Made by a program: the position numbers and the translations under genes. Below are positions 10,896-23,857 of a stretch of 64,000 bases of DNA, one piece after another (position 1 is the stretch's first letter; the number at the start of each line of letters is the position of its first letter). Source of the stretch: Malacoraja senta (taxonomy: Eukaryota); assembly GCA_038087875.1 (NCBI GenBank), contig CM075990.1:682001-746000 (forward strand), written 5' to 3'. The notes beneath the pieces are model-generated. The model saw only the letters and a list, made by a program, of their open reading frames with translations. It did no database searches and had not been told where the DNA came from.

Positions 10896-11499
10896 AAGGA
10901 GGTTCCCTGGGGCACATGGGGGAAACATTGTTGCGAACTGTGTAACTGGTTAATGGGATTTTAATGGAGGAAGGGGGGAAGATGGGCAAAATAGGGAGGG
11001 AAGGGCGAAGGAGGTATGCGAACCGAGTCCGCACCGACCAGCGATCCCCGCACATTAACACACTCCTACACACACTAGGGACAATTTACACTTATACCAA
11101 GCCAACTAACCTGCAAACCTGTGCAATGAGACTCAACAAGACAACTTTGAAGCTGGTACGACTTGTGTGGGGGAGGGATGGAGAGAGAGGGCTACAAGAG
11201 TTACTTGAAGTTCATGAAATCAATGTTCATACCACTGGGCTGTAAGCTGCCCAAGCAAAATATGAGGCGCCAGTCCTTGTTCACAGGTGACACCACCATC
11301 CCTATATCAAATAATAAGAAGACGGAGTACAGGAAGGAGATTGAGAACTTCATAACCTGGTGCCAAGACAACAACCTCCCTCTCAATGTCAGCAAGACAT
11401 AAGAGATTGTCAGTGACTTCAGGAACGAAGCAGTACACACACCCCAATAAACATTGATGATGCCAAAGTAGAGATGGTTAAAAGCTTCAAGTACTTCAA

Positions 11500-11801
11500 G
11501 GGTAGAGTCGCTGCCTTACAGCGAATGCAGCGCTGAAGACCTGGGTTCGATCCTGACTACAGGTGCTGTCTGCACAGAGTTTGTGTGGGTTGACCTGTGT
11601 GGGTTTTGTCCGAGATCTTCGGTTTCCTCCCACAATCACAAGACTTACAGGTTTGTAGGCTAATTGGCCTGGTAAATGTAAAATGTGTTCTTAGTGTGTG
11701 CAGGATAGCGCTAATGTGTGGGGATCTCTGGTCGGCGCGGACCCGGTGGGCCGAAGGGCCTGTTTCTGCGTTGTATCTCTAAACTAAACTAAACTAAACT
11801 A
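11500..11801 (+). mobile_element. tRNA-derived V-SINE
   Basis: Box B gggttcgatcc; (aaact)n tail. Confidence 0.85.
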
Positions 11802-12431
11802 CTTTGGAATAAGTATCATCATCAATTTGGCCTGGACCAGCCACATCGAATCAATGGCCAAGAAAGCACACCAATGGCTCTACTTCCTAGGAAGTTCAGC
11901 ATGTCCCCAACAACCCTCACCAACTTCTGCTGATGCTCCATAGAAAGCATTTTATCAGGATGCATCGCAGCATAGTTTGGAAACGACTCCGTCTAAGACT
12001 GCAAGAAATTGCAGAGAGATGTGGATGTAGTCCAGACCACCAGACAACCCAACCTCCCTTCCATTGACTCCATCTACACTTCATGCTGTCTCAGCAAGGC
12101 CACCAGCATGATCTAGGACCAATCTCACCCCGGCCACTACCTCTTCTCCCCTCTCTCATCAAGCACGAGTTTGAGAAGTTTGAAATTGCATTCCTCCAGA
12201 TTCATGGACAGTTTCTTCCCAGTTGTTATCAGGCAACTGAACGGTCCTCTCACCAGCTAGGCGTGGTCCTGACCTCCCATCCTCCTCAATGGAGACCTTT
12301 GAACTATCTATAATCGGACTTTATCATGTACTAAATGTTTTTCCCTGTTCCTGTATCTGTATAATGTGGGTGGCTTGATGGTACTCATTTATATTTTTTT
12401 GTTTGATAGCACGCAACATAAACCTTTATTA

Positions 12432-12773
12432 AGGGCCTGTCCCACTGTATGAGGTAATTCAAAAGTTCTCCAGAGTTTTCCCCTGATTCGAACTCGGTGA
12501 ATGTCCGTAGCAGGTCCATAGGAGTTCGTGGATGTCTCGTAGTGGCTCGTACGAGTAAAAAGTAACCATTTTTTTCATTACGAGTATTTTTTTTACTCGT
12601 GGGCATTGTTCAGAGTGTTGAAAAAACGTCATGACTTTACCGGATTTCCCGAGTACCTACCATTACTCGCACGGCATCCACGAATTCCCACGGACCCGCT
12701 AAGGACATTCTCCGAGTTCGAATCAGAGGAAAACTCGGGAGAACTCTTGAATTGCCTCGTACAGTGGGACAGG
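12432..12773. mobile_element. Harbinger-type MITE (distinct, largely palindromic family), right TIR clipped
   Basis: tta|agggcctgtcccactgtatgagg ... cctcgtacagtgggacagg; long inverted arms. Confidence 0.8.
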
Positions 12774-13174
12774 TACAACACTGCATCTCAGTACACATGA
12801 CAATAATAAACAAAACTAATCTAAACTAGAAATCTTGTCCCGCACACTCCTTTAAACTTTAAACTCAAGTTGGACTCCAAGATCCCACTGCACATCAATG
12901 CTGTTAAGAGTCTTACCATTAACAGTATACTCTCCTCTTATATTCAACCTCCTAAACCTCATCCTTGCTCAGATTGCACGCGCGTGGCGGGAGTGTTCCG
13001 GGGAGCCACGCCCGCCTGATCCACCCACCGAACAACTGCACCGCCGACAACCCGAACGACGTCCAGTACGATGAGCGACAACCAGAACGGCCCCGGTAGG
13101 CCCGACCCGCCCCACAGGCCTCCCAGGGGACTGTGGAGAAGCCGGGAGGAGAGGCCTGCCTGGGTCGATGGAGC

Positions 13175-13345
13175 CTCAGCGGCGGCAGAGATGGGAGCCT
13201 CGGCGGTGGCAGCGGGAGCCTCGGCGGTGGCAGCAGGAGCCTCGGCGGCAGCGTGAGCCTCGGCGGTATTGGGAGCCTCGGCAGCAGCGTGAGCCTCGAC
13301 AGTATCGGGAGCCTCGACGGAAGTGTGAGCCTCGGTGGCGGTGGA
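13175..13345. repeat. GC-rich 18-21-bp minisatellite (gggagcctcggcggtggcagc) inside a LINE 3' UTR-like insertion (~12977-13640)
   Basis: Tandem gagcctcggcgg units. Confidence 0.85.
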
Positions 13346-13639
13346 GCGTGGAGGGAGACAATGGGGACCCTGCATGGAGGAACCGTGAGGGACGGTGGGA
13401 GAACAAAGGGGGGGCCGGTGTGGGGGAGGGGGGGCACACTAGTTTAGAATCCTCTGCCCAGGGGATAAGTCTGCGTTGGGTTGTTTGTTCCGGTGAAGGC
13501 GCTGTGCACACAGCAGCCAGCCAACAGTCGCTTGTCCTTTTCTGTTTTTTTCACTTTTCATTTCAAGTTTTGTGTACCTTGTGTGTTGTGACTGTCGGCA
13601 GAGCAATTTCCCTCCGGTGATGAATAACGTTTTATCGTA

Positions 13640-14350
13640 TTAAACTCCATCTGCCATTTCCTCACCCATTTCTGCTGCTGATCTCTATCCTGCTGTAGCT
13701 TTTGATATCCTTCCTCACTGCAACTGGCCCAATTTTGGTATTTTCTGCAAACGTACTCACCAAACCATCTACATTTCCATCCCGGCCACTTTGTATATAT
13801 CACAAACAGCAGAATTCGACAGAGGCGGAGGTCCCTACTGAACTCCACTGGTCACAGACGTCCAGCCAGAATATCTTCCTTCCATCACAACCCCTGATCT
13901 TCTATGACTAAACCTATTCTGAATCAACACAACCAAGGCACCATGAATCCCATGCACCTTAATCTACTGGATCAGTCCACCATAAGGGACTTGATCAAAT
14001 GCCTTACAAAGATCCTTTTATACAACTTTCTCCTCTCTTGTCACCTCCTCAAAAAACATAATCAAGTTAGTAAGACATGAACTTCTGCATACAAAGTCGT
14101 GCTGGCTCTCCCTCATTAGCCCATTCTCTTCCAAGTGTGAGTTGATCCTATAGTGAAGAATTCTCTCCGATAAATTTCCTACCACTTTCATGAGAATCAT
14201 GAAGGTCACCAACCTATTAGTTCCCTAGATTCTTCCCTTCCCTTCCCTTCGTAAACAAAGGAACAACATTCACATAGAAATTAAACCAGTCCGGGGACCA
14301 GTGGCTAGATAAGAAACAAAGATCCTCGTCAAGGCTCCTGCAATCTTCTC
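13640..14350 (-). mobile_element. Decayed CR1-like RT fragment
   Basis: RESQHDFVCRSSCLTNLIMFFEEVT; WQMEFN. Confidence 0.8.
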
Positions 14351-14958
14351 TTTTGTCTCAACAACCTGTGATAGATAGTCAAGCATGGGCAAGTTGGGCC
14401 GAAGGGCCAGCTTTCTTGCTGTATGACTTTTATGACATACTGTTTAAGGACACCTTATTGGATACACCTAACAAATTCTGCCCTACTAATCCTCATGCAC
14501 TGAGTAAGTGTAAAGCTGCATCTGAAGAAGGGTTTCGGCCCGAAACGTTGCCTATTTCCTTCGCTCCATTGATGCTGCTGCACCCGCTGAGTTTCTCCAG
14601 CATTTTTGTGTACCTTCTGTCACAGACTATGTTGTCCATGTTCAAGTATGTTTTTCACCTGTGTGTCATTTTCAGTTTGTGCTATCTATAGAGTTCCCTA
14701 TTTAAGTGCTGATGTCTGGCAGTTTCCAGTAGAGCCTTGTGCTCTTGTTTATTGGGATTCCTGTAAAAGCCTTTTTTGAGTTTAACCTTACTTCTGACTC
14801 CTGTGCCTTCTCCGCACTAGGGCCACCCATCCTTCTCTCCGGAGATGCTGCCTGTCCCCGAGTTACTCCAGCATGTTGTGCATCTGATCTCTCCATCAAA
14901 TGGTCTCCTTTTTGCCCCAAGAAACTGCTTCCCAACCTTGCCTGGTCCACGTCCTCTG

Positions 14959-15148
14959 CTGTAGGAAGGAACTGCAGATGCTGGTTTAGACAAAAGGTAG
15001 ACACAAAAAGCTGGCGTAACTCAATGGTTCAGACAGCATCTCTGGAGAAAAGGAATAGGTGATGCATCGACCCGAAACGTCACGTATTCCTTTTCTCCAG
15101 AGATGCTGTCTGTCAGACCCGCTGAGTTACTCCAGCTTTTTGTGTCCC
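14959..15148. mobile_element. Palindromic (inverted pair) Penelope pLTR module
   Basis: gacacaaaaagctgg..cagcatctctggagaaaaggaata / tattccttttctccagagatgctg..ccagctttttgtgtc. Confidence 0.75.
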
Positions 15149-15532
15149 TTTCTCTGGGCCCATTTGATCATCCAGAGTTAACCAGTGTTCCTACAATATA
15201 CTCCGACATAAATGCCGTGTTTAGTGAAAAGAAGGTCACCCCTCTTTCCCCTCACTGTCGCTATGATTGTGCTATTGATCTCCTGTTGGGCACCAGTCCA
15301 CCTCGGAATGCTTTATTCTCTCTCATGCCCCGAGACACAGGCCACAAATAAATACACCAAAGAAGGCCTTGCATCGGGGTTAATACATCCCGCCACCTCA
15401 CTGGTCCTGTATTGATTATTGTGGTCTCAATTAAGTGACTGTTAAAAATCATTACCCCCTACCATTAATATCCTCTGCCGGTGAGCAGCTACAAGAACCT
15501 AAGATTTTCTCAAAGTTAGATTTGCACAATAC

Positions 15533-15842
15533 GGGCGGCACGGTGGCGTCGCTGTAGAATTACTGCCTTACAGCGCCTGAGACCCGGGTTCGATCCTGAC
15601 TATGGGTGCTGTCTGTATGGAGTTTGTACGTTCTCCCCGTGACCTGTGTGGATTTTCTCTAAGATCGTCGGTTTCCTCCCACACTCCAAAGACGTACAGG
15701 TTTGTGGGTTAATTGGCTTGGTATGAATGTAAATTGTCCCTAGTGTGTATAGAATAGTGTTACTGTGTGAGGATCGCTGGTTGGCGCGGACGCGGTGGGC
15801 CTTAGGGCCCGTTTACGCGCTGTGTCTCTAAACTAAACTAAA
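15533..15842 (+). mobile_element. Full-length tRNA-derived V-SINE
   Basis: gggcggcacggtggcg head, box B ggttcgatcc, (aaact)n tail. Confidence 0.9.
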
Positions 15843-15945
15843 CCTCCAACTTGGTTCGTATTCGGAAGGGTGATGAATGGAAAAATGCATCTAACACTCC
15901 CAGTGGCCACTACAAATATTGAGTAATGTTGTTTAGTCTCACCAC

Positions 15946-18473
15946 ATTCAGTCCTTGGCAAGGGCTGGCATAGGATCAGAAGATGCAGAATCCTTGTGGA
16001 TAGAGCTGCAAGGGTAAAATAGCCCTGATGGGAAATATATACCGGCCTCTGAACAGTAGCCAGGAGGTAGAGTACAAATTATATCATGAGATACAATCAG
16101 TAAGAAAGGCAATGTTACAGTGGTCGTTGGAGTTTTCAATATGAATGTATGCGGGATAGTTTTCTAAACCAACATGTAGAGGAACCAACGAGAGAGCAGG
16201 CGATTCTAGACTGGGTATTGAGTAATGAGGAAGGGTTAGTTAGCAGTCTTGTTGTGCGCGGCCACTTGGGCAAGAGTGACCATAATATGGTTGAGTTCTT
16301 CATTAGGATGGAGAGTGACATTGTTAATTCAGAAACAAGGGTTCTGAACTTAAAGAAAGGTAACTTTGAGGGTATGAGACATGAATTGGCCAAGATAGAC
16401 TGGCAATTGATTCTTAAAGGCTGACGGTGGATATGCAATGGAAGGCATTTAAAGACTGCATGGATGAACTACAACAATTGTTCATTCCAGTTTGGCAAAA
16501 GAATAAATCAGGGAAGGTAGTGCATCCGTGGATAACAAGGGAAATCAGGGGTAGTATCAAAACAAAAGATGAAGCGTACAAATTAGCCAGAAAAAGCAGC
16601 CTACCAGAGGACTGGGAGAAATTCAGAGTCCAGCAGGGGAGGACAAAGGGCTTAATTAGGAAAGGGAAAATAGATTATGGCAGGGAACATAAAAACTGAC
16701 TGCAAACGTTTTTATAGATATGTGAAGAGAAAAAGATTAGTTAAAACAAATGTAGGTCCCGCAGTCATAAACAGGTGAATTGATCATGGGGAACAAGGAC
16801 ATGGCAAACCAATTGAATAACTACTTTGGTTCTGTCTTCACTAAGGAAGACATAAATAATCTGCCGGAAATAGCAGGGGACCGCGGGTCTAATGAGATGG
16901 AGGAACTGTGAAATCCAGGTTAGCCGGGAAGTGGTGTTAGGTAAATTGAATGGATTAAAGGCCGATAAATCCCCAGAGCCAGATAGGCTGCATCCCAGAG
17001 TACTTAAGGCTGTAGTCCTAGAAATAGTGGATGCATTAGTGATAATTTTTCAAAACTCTTTAGATTCTGGAGTAGTTCCTGAGGATTGGAGGGTAGCTAA
17101 TGTAACCCCACTTTTTAAAAAGGGAGGAAGAGAGAAAACGGGCAATTACAGACCAGTTAGTTTAACATCGGAAGTGGGGAAACTGCTGGAGTCAGTTATT
17201 AAAGATGGGATAGCAGCACATTAGGAAAGTGGTGAAATCATTGGACAAAGTCAGCATGGATTTACGAATGGTAAATCATGTCTGACGAATCTTATAGAAT
17301 TTTTCGAGGATGTAACTAGTAGAGTAACTAGTAGACCTTTCGACAAGGTCCCACATAAGAGATTACTATACAAACTTAAAGCACACGGTATTGGGGGTTC
17401 AGTATTGATGTGGATAGAGAACTGGCTGGCAAACAGGAAGCCAAGAGTAGGAGTAAACAGGTCATTTTCAGAATGGGAGGCAGTGACTAGTGGGGTACCG
17501 CCAGGCTCAATGCTGGGACCCCAGCTATTTACAATATATATTAATGATTCGGACGAGGGAACTGAATGCAACATCTCCAAATTTGCGGATGACACGAAGC
17601 AGGGGGGCAGTGTTAGCTGTGAGGAGGATGCTAGGAGGCTGCAAGGTGACTTGGGTAGGCTGGGGGAGTGGGCAAATGCAAGGCAGATGCAGTAGAATGT
17701 GGATAAATGTGAGGTTATCCACTTTGGTGGCAAAAACAGGAAAGTAGACTATTATCTGAATGGTGGCCGATTAGGAAAAGGGGAGAAAAGTAAGCATGCA
17801 GATGCAGCAGGCAGTGAAGAAAGCGAATGGTATGTTAGCATTCATAGCAAAAGGATTTGAGTATAGGAGCAGGGAGGTTCTACTGCAGTTGTACGGGGTC
17901 TTGGTGAGACCACACCTGGAGTATTGCATCCAGTTTTGGTCTCCAAATCTGAGGAAAGACATTCTTGCCATAGAGGGAGTACAGAGAATGTTCACCAGAC
18001 TGATTCCTGGGATGTCAGGACTTTCATATGAAGAAACACTGGATAGACTCGGCTTGTCTCGCTGGAATGTAGAAGATTGAGGGGGGATCTTATAGAAACA
18101 TACAAAATTCTTAAGGGGTTGGACAGGCTAGATGCAGGGAGATTGTTCCCGATGTTGGGGAAGTCCAGAACAAGGGGTCACAGTTTAAGGATAAGGGGGA
18201 AGTCTTTTAGGACCGAGATGAGAAAAACATTTTTCACACAGGGAGTGGTGAATCTCTGGAATTCTCAGCCACGGAAGGTAGTTGAGGCCAGTTCATTGGC
18301 TATATTTAAGAGGGAGTTAGATGTGGCCCTTGTGGCTAAAGGGATCAGGGGGTATGGAGAGAAGGCAGGTACAGGATACTGAGTTGGATGATCAGCCATG
18401 ATCATATTGAATGGCGGTGCAGGCTCGATGGGCCGAATGGTCTACTCCTGCACCTGTTTTCTATGTTTCTATG
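15946..18473 (+). mobile_element. CR1-like LINE ORF2 (partial EN, RT, 3' UTR), frameshifted
   Basis: PTREQAILD, SDHNMV, NYRPVSLTS, KFADDTK, PHLEYC; tail ttctatgtttctatg. Confidence 0.92.
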
Positions 18474-18474
18474 A

Positions 18475-18648
18475 GTCCCCCTTTGTTCTCTCGATGCCCC
18501 CACCCCCCGATGCCAGGTCCCCCTTTGTTCTCTCGATGGCCCCCACCATGCCGGGTCCCCCTTTGTTCTCTCGATGGCCCCCACCATGCCGGGTCCCCCT
18601 TTGTTCTCTCGATGGCCCCCACCATGCCGGGTCCCCCTTTGTTCTCGG
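18475..18648. repeat. 38-bp minisatellite, ~4.5 copies
   Basis: ctttgttctc at 18481, 18523, 18561, 18599, 18637. Confidence 0.9.
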
Positions 18649-19007
18649 TGGCACGTCCTCGACTGAACTACGGCAGCCAAAGCAGGGCTGTCCGACCTCC
18701 GTTCCGACCCTAAACATCATGTTACGCTGTACGCTGAGGTACTCCAGCACTTTTTGTCCTTGTGTGTATTAACCAGAATAGTAAGATTAAACGAGAACTT
18801 ACCAGTTTGAAGTTTGATCTTTATTATATGAGGAGTTACGTTGGTGATTACGTGAAGAAGACCCGTCAGGGCGCATGCGCGTCAATCTTCAAAGCAGCGG
18901 TATGAAATCACAGACAACACCATAATTGAAGTAACATATTAAGATGATCAACATGAGAATTACCATTATGACCTTTTTTCTATGAGTGAGGGTTGGGCGT
19001 GGCGGGC

Positions 19008-19117
19008 ACGTAATCACCAACGTAACTCCTCATAAAATAAAGATCAAATTTCAAACTGGTAAGTTCTCGTTTAATCTTACTATTTTACTTCGGAGTCACG
19101 TGAGTGACTACGTGAAG
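19008..19117 (-). other. DIRS internal complementary region (ICR)
   Basis: 19008-19084 is the reverse complement of 18777-18853; ~19082-19117 is the reverse complement of the other terminus (~23583-23617). Confidence 0.92.
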
Positions 19118-19330
19118 ATTTTAAAGCTCTGTGATTTTTATGCCGCAGATCAAAATCCCGGCTTCTCACTGCATCGATTGACTCTGAGTATCATCAATAA
19201 TGCTGTAAACATGACATTGCATATCATGCAAAAACAAACAGTTTTATTTTTTGGTCATAAAACAACCAATAAACCCTCTTAATGTAGGGGCAACAAACGA
19301 AACAGAATGAAACAGTATTGAAAACAGACT

Positions 19331-20265
19331 TTAAACAATAGCAACAGCACTCAATATTGAGTTGGCAAACAGCCCTCCATCGGCAATCGGCCGATGGTAG
19401 TATTGCTGAAACACAAGTTCATTTTTCCAACCTGCGGCTTTTAATATATGGTCGATGGGAACGTCCATCGCCCTGGCAGCGGATGTTGCTACTGCGCTAG
19501 TGGAATGAGATGTAAACACATAAATGTTAATTCCTGCCTGAACCAACTCTTGCTTTAACCACCTTGAGATAGTCTGAACTGCCACTCTTTTATGTTGGCT
19601 TCTTGTAACTGACAAATAATCCTGTTTCTTCTTGTCTTAAAGCCCTTGTGGCTTCAATGTAATGTAACAAATGTGTCCTTACACATAAACATGGAGCTGT
19701 AGGATATGCTGAGAACACAATCTTAAATCCTGTCACACCTGGCCTGCTTTGTTTGAGCAGGTCAGAAATATAAAACAGAACATTCTCTGTATTCACTTCC
19801 ATTCTCTCGAACTGAAGTTTTTGCAAAGTCTGCACTCTGTGTACTGACACCAATGCCATTAGCCTAGCCAATTCAGCAAAGTTATAGACGTGACAGGGAC
19901 CCAATGACGAAGCATGTTAAGAACAACGCTTACATCGCAGATTACCATATACGTAGGCGTAGGCGTTTTGGAATTAAAGATTCCTTTCATCAACCTAGAT
20001 ATGAGAGGGTGAGATCCTATACTTTGTGTCCGTGTACCTATTACAAGATATGCCGCCAAAGCACTTCTAGCTATATTGATAGCACTATAGCTATGACCCT
20101 CATCATAATAAAGTGTAGATAAAACTCTAACACATTTTCAATAACTACAGTATCATATTGAATATTCTTTTGAACACAATATTGTTCCCATTTTGTTTTT
20201 TTTCTTTCATAAGTCATATACTGTTTTTGAGTACTCTTTCTCCAGGCTGCAGTGAGTATATCCAC
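19331..20265 (-). pseudogene. DIRS tyrosine recombinase (frameshifted)
   Basis: AAWRKSTQKQY, HPLISRLMKGIFN, SVHRVQTL, LCVR, TISRWLK, HSTS(canonical HSTR)..AAGW..F..YY. Confidence 0.9.
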
Positions 20266-20429
20266 CGTTGGCCTAGAAAGTCCTCGACCAAACTTCTTAA
20301 AACCTGCAAATTAACAGATCCATACGATCACATAATGGATGAACTTAATGCGTTACTGGATGCTCCAGCAAATTCCTACTGTTTGGAATCAGTAAAAAGA
20401 GGTTGGATCGCTATCTGTAACATCAAAGG

Positions 20430-20630
20430 GAACCATGGTTGAATCGGGCAATTTGGTATCACCAAAACCCCTGAAGCGGCATCCTGCTTGATTTTCTCAA
20501 ACACCGACCTATGAGGCAGAATGGTGGGAAAATGTACACAAACATATCATCCCAATTTAGTGAAAAAGCATCAATTGCCACTGCCCCTGGATCTGGTGCC
20601 TATGAAACATATTTTGGCCTTCCATATAGA
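20430..20630 (-). pseudogene. DIRS DNA N6-adenine methyltransferase-like domain
   Basis: Manual translation PDPGAVAIDAFSLNWDDMFVYIFPPF...LVIPNCPIQPWFP. Confidence 0.8.
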
Positions 20631-20663
20631 AGTACTATGTTCTTGAACACATCCTGGTTCCAC

Positions 20664-20745
20664 AAAAAAAAAAAAAATGTTCGGCACGGACTTGAAGGGC
20701 CGAGATGGCCTGTTTCCGTGCTGTTATATGGTTATATGGTTATAT
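20664..20745 (+). mobile_element. Very short CR1-like 3' tip inserted in the DIRS element
   Basis: A-run + atgttcggcacggacttgaagggccgagatggcctgtttccgtgctg(ttatatgg)n; matches the minus-strand LINE end at 63652-63725. Confidence 0.8.
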
Positions 20746-20962
20746 CCACTCTGTGTTATGATGGAATTTTCGTGAGCTGCCATCTGGTACTACATTAAGT
20801 TTCCCTGGCAGATAGCTCCAATCCAAATCTCTCTACCCTACTCCAGGTCCAATTGTATTTGCCAACCTGTCACATGATATTGATTTGATTCCACCCATGT
20901 GATTCATATCAGCAACTGCTGTAGTGTTGTCTATTTTGCACTGCACATGCAAACTAGTTTAG

Positions 20963-22026
20963 TTAGTGCCATAAGCCTTGAGTCCATAAAATACTCTTGG
21001 TTAATTCCTCATGTTTGCAGAAACAATGTTCATCTGTCTCCACAGCTGGATCTTGTATTAGTAGCACCCTACCCAAGTGCTCTGACATCTGTCTGCAAAT
21101 CATGGAAGCTTGGTCCAATAACACTTTGGAACTACTAGTGGACACATGATGAATCCACCATTGTACATCAGCAACAGCCTCTATTGATAGAAGCATAGGT
21201 CTATTATAATGACCCCAATGTATCCTCAATGCTTGTTCCTTTGACCTTTGTAATTGTAGATAATAAAGTGGCCATATTGAACTGCTGGAAATGCTGCCAG
21301 CCATTACCACAGCAGACTTGTCACCTGGCTAATTGAAGGCTGTGTGTCAGCAATTAACTTGATACAGCTCTTAATTAGCTCTACCCTTTTTTGCCTGGGC
21401 AAGGTCACAATGATGTTGATTAAGTCTATTGTGAACCCAACTAGTCAATTTGTGTCACAGGTATACATTTAGATTTTTCTGGATAGCTTATGAAGCCCAA
21501 TTAAAAAATGGTTTTTACCAACTGCCACTGATGCTTCAGCTGTTTCCTTTGATTGTCCTACAACCAAGATATTATCTAGCTAAGCCATGAGCACATGCCC
21601 TCGACTTCTCATCATGCCTAGAATAGGTTTTAACAACTATGTAATCCCTCTAGGAGCTGAAGACAAACTATTAGGCAGTGCATTGTATTGCAATAATTGC
21701 CCCATCCAGCTGAATTTTAAATCTTCTATCCTGCAAATGAACAGACACTAAATCCGTTTCTTTAAGATCTCCTTCACAAACATTTCCATCTTAAAATGTC
21801 TATACCCTACAAAAGGGTTAAGACTATTCAGGTCCAGTATAATTCTGCATCCCCCATCCTTGCTTGGTCTGGGAAAGATATTGGACACAAACTGATGGCT
21901 TTGGTAAACTGCCTTAGCAATTACACCTTTATTACATAAGCTTGCAAGTTGCAACTGAACTTCCAATTGTTCAGTGATACTGAAGTCTTTTTGGAACATG
22001 TTGCATGGGTAAATCAGAATTTGCAT
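20963..22026 (-). pseudogene. DIRS reverse transcriptase / RNase H (disrupted)
   Basis: FVSNIFPRPSKDGGCRIILDLNSLNPFV..HFKME; catalytic YLDD decayed to *LDN at ~21571-21582; DVQWW. Confidence 0.88.
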
Positions 22027-22056
22027 TAAGCTTTGTTCGATATTCTTCTATAACCT

Positions 22057-22761
22057 TCAGTATAAACATATCTGAGGTATCATATTAGATCTGTCTACAT
22101 GCGAACCAGACCCACTCACCTCCTTACCACCTGGCATTCTTCCCCGGCCTCGAGCTGGATATCTCACCTTCCCTGGCGGTACTACAGCCAAACGCCAACT
22201 GCGCTGCATCGTAGCTGGACTCGTCCCTTGCCCGGACCAGTCTCCTCGCTTATAGGGATACTTCCGCTTTGGTGGATATGTGGCTGCCGTCTTAGCCTCC
22301 TCCTCCAGCTCCTTCACCTGCTGTGCGAAATCCTCGCCAAACAGCTGTGCCGGTTGCACTGTGCCAGGCTGGCAGAGTGAAGCATATTTAGAATTGATGG
22401 TTGGTCTAATCGCAGTCTTGCGAAGGCAGTTGATCTCAAAGTGGGCACTCCACAATAGCGCCTTTTGTTGTAATTTGTCATGGCCTCTCCATCCACCATC
22501 CTGGCAAAGCTCGTTATACCAGATGCCAGCAACTTTAAAAATATGCTGGAGCTTCACATGCTCCTGGGCTCTCGTTAGTATGCCCATCTTGTCCCAATTC
22601 TTCCTGTTCCCAACAGGAACTTTTAACAGTCCACAGTTCATTGGGGCTTCATGCTTCCTTACTGTCTCATCCATTGTCAGCTCCTGTAGCTGATGTGAGA
22701 CTTGGTAATTTATGCTGGTGGCAAGTTCCTCACCCAGAGGCTCACCAGCGTCCGATGACAT
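22057..22761 (-). pseudogene. DIRS gag-like ORF1 remnant
   Basis: Position upstream of RT; P.NC..L.VP, LRK..I.P.I..KY..LC, LFGED motifs. Confidence 0.7.
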
Positions 22762-22859
22762 GGCAAACCTTGCTGCACACTATGTCAGCTCTGGCAGCTG
22801 CCTGCCCTCCCTTTGGAAGTCATCGTCGGACTTCTGCACTCACCTCTTGCAAAGAGGGT

Positions 22860-23125
22860 GCTTTCAAGCAGGCCTCTACTAGGCACTGCCAGCGGAGCCT
22901 TCCCTAAGGCTTCCCGCCTGCACAACTCCTCCTGGAGTTGTGGCTTTGTGAAGCAGGCATCTCCTAGGCACTGCCAGCGGAGCCGTCCCCACGGCCTCCC
23001 GCCTGCACAACTCCTCCTGGAGTATGGCTTTATGAAGCAGAACCTCTCCTAGGCACTGCCAGCGGAGCCTTCCCTATGGCTTCCCGCCTGCACTACTCCT
23101 GGAGCGTCTCTGTGGAGCAGCCCCT
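22860..23125. repeat. 85-bp tandem repeat (x3) in the DIRS 5'/gag region
   Basis: aggcactgccagcggagcc at 22881, 22966, 23051. Confidence 0.9.
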
Positions 23126-23857
23126 GTATGAGCTGCTCCTTTTGGATAACCGCTGGGGAACGGTATCCTGTCCCCGACGGGACTCTCGTGGCCCGACTCT
23201 GCGGAGTCTATAGCCCTGACAGACTTAGCTTATGCCGACCGCCCGACTGCCGTTGGCTGTGTACCCGGCTGGGCACTTTGCCAAGTCTGTCGCCGCACCG
23301 CTACCGGCTTGCGACTCCCCCGAGGTGACAGGCTGCCTTTCAGAGACTGCGCTCCCGCAGCTCTCTCTCTCCTTGTCGGCAGCAGACCTGCACCTTTTCC
23401 TTGTTCCTGTATGTGGGGAAAAAACACACAGAAACAATTTTTTACTTTTTCCTAACTCCTCCAAAGTCTCCCCGACTTTGGTGGAGCTGTAACTACTCAC
23501 CTGCAGGAGGAGCTCCGTCCTCCTGCTGCCGTTCGCGCCAATGCGTCAGACGTAATGACGCGCATGCACCCTGACGGGTCTTCTTCACGTATCACTCACG
23601 TGACTCCGAACTAAAATCAGCAGTTCATTATTTTTCCATCCATGTTCATATTGTTATTGTACACAACAGGAGACAGATGCTGCCTGACCCGCTGAGTGAC
23701 TTTCCCCTGTGCTCTGCTACTGCAGGACTTGCACTGGAAGTGTTCATTCATCAATTAATCGGTCTGTTTGCTGCATTGATATTTGCAACACGTTACATGT
23801 GGTTTGTTTGGGCCGCCTCGGCTCTGCACCCTGCACCGCACGCCGCACAGACCTGCT

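Larger units (their letters stand above)
11283..12830 (+). mobile_element. Decayed Rex1/Babar LINE 3' part interrupted by a SINE (~11500-11801) and a MITE (12432-12773)
   Basis: DTT..EYRKEIENFITWCQDNNLPLNVSKT; 3' cacatgacaataa tail. Confidence 0.8.
18777..23617 (-). mobile_element. Full-length DIRS1-type tyrosine-recombinase retrotransposon (decayed ORFs)
   Basis: Inverted terminal repeats (~23556-23590 vs ~18850-18884), right extension 18777-18850, internal complementary region ~19008-19117; gag, RT, RNase H, methyltransferase-like and YR domains in canonical order. Confidence 0.93.

Noticed and set aside
12952..13620. AEAP/WEPRR/GSLGG repeat proteins
   Set aside because: Minisatellite artefacts within a repeat.
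15533..15600. tRNA genes suggested by A/B boxes (also 8586, 26230, 43160, 54480)
   Set aside because: SINE heads continuing into SINE body and tail; no complete cloverleaf or terminator.
15150..15945. Domesticated PEG10/RTL1-like gene
   Set aside because: Many stops, frameshifts and nested insertions: a dead Gypsy remnant.
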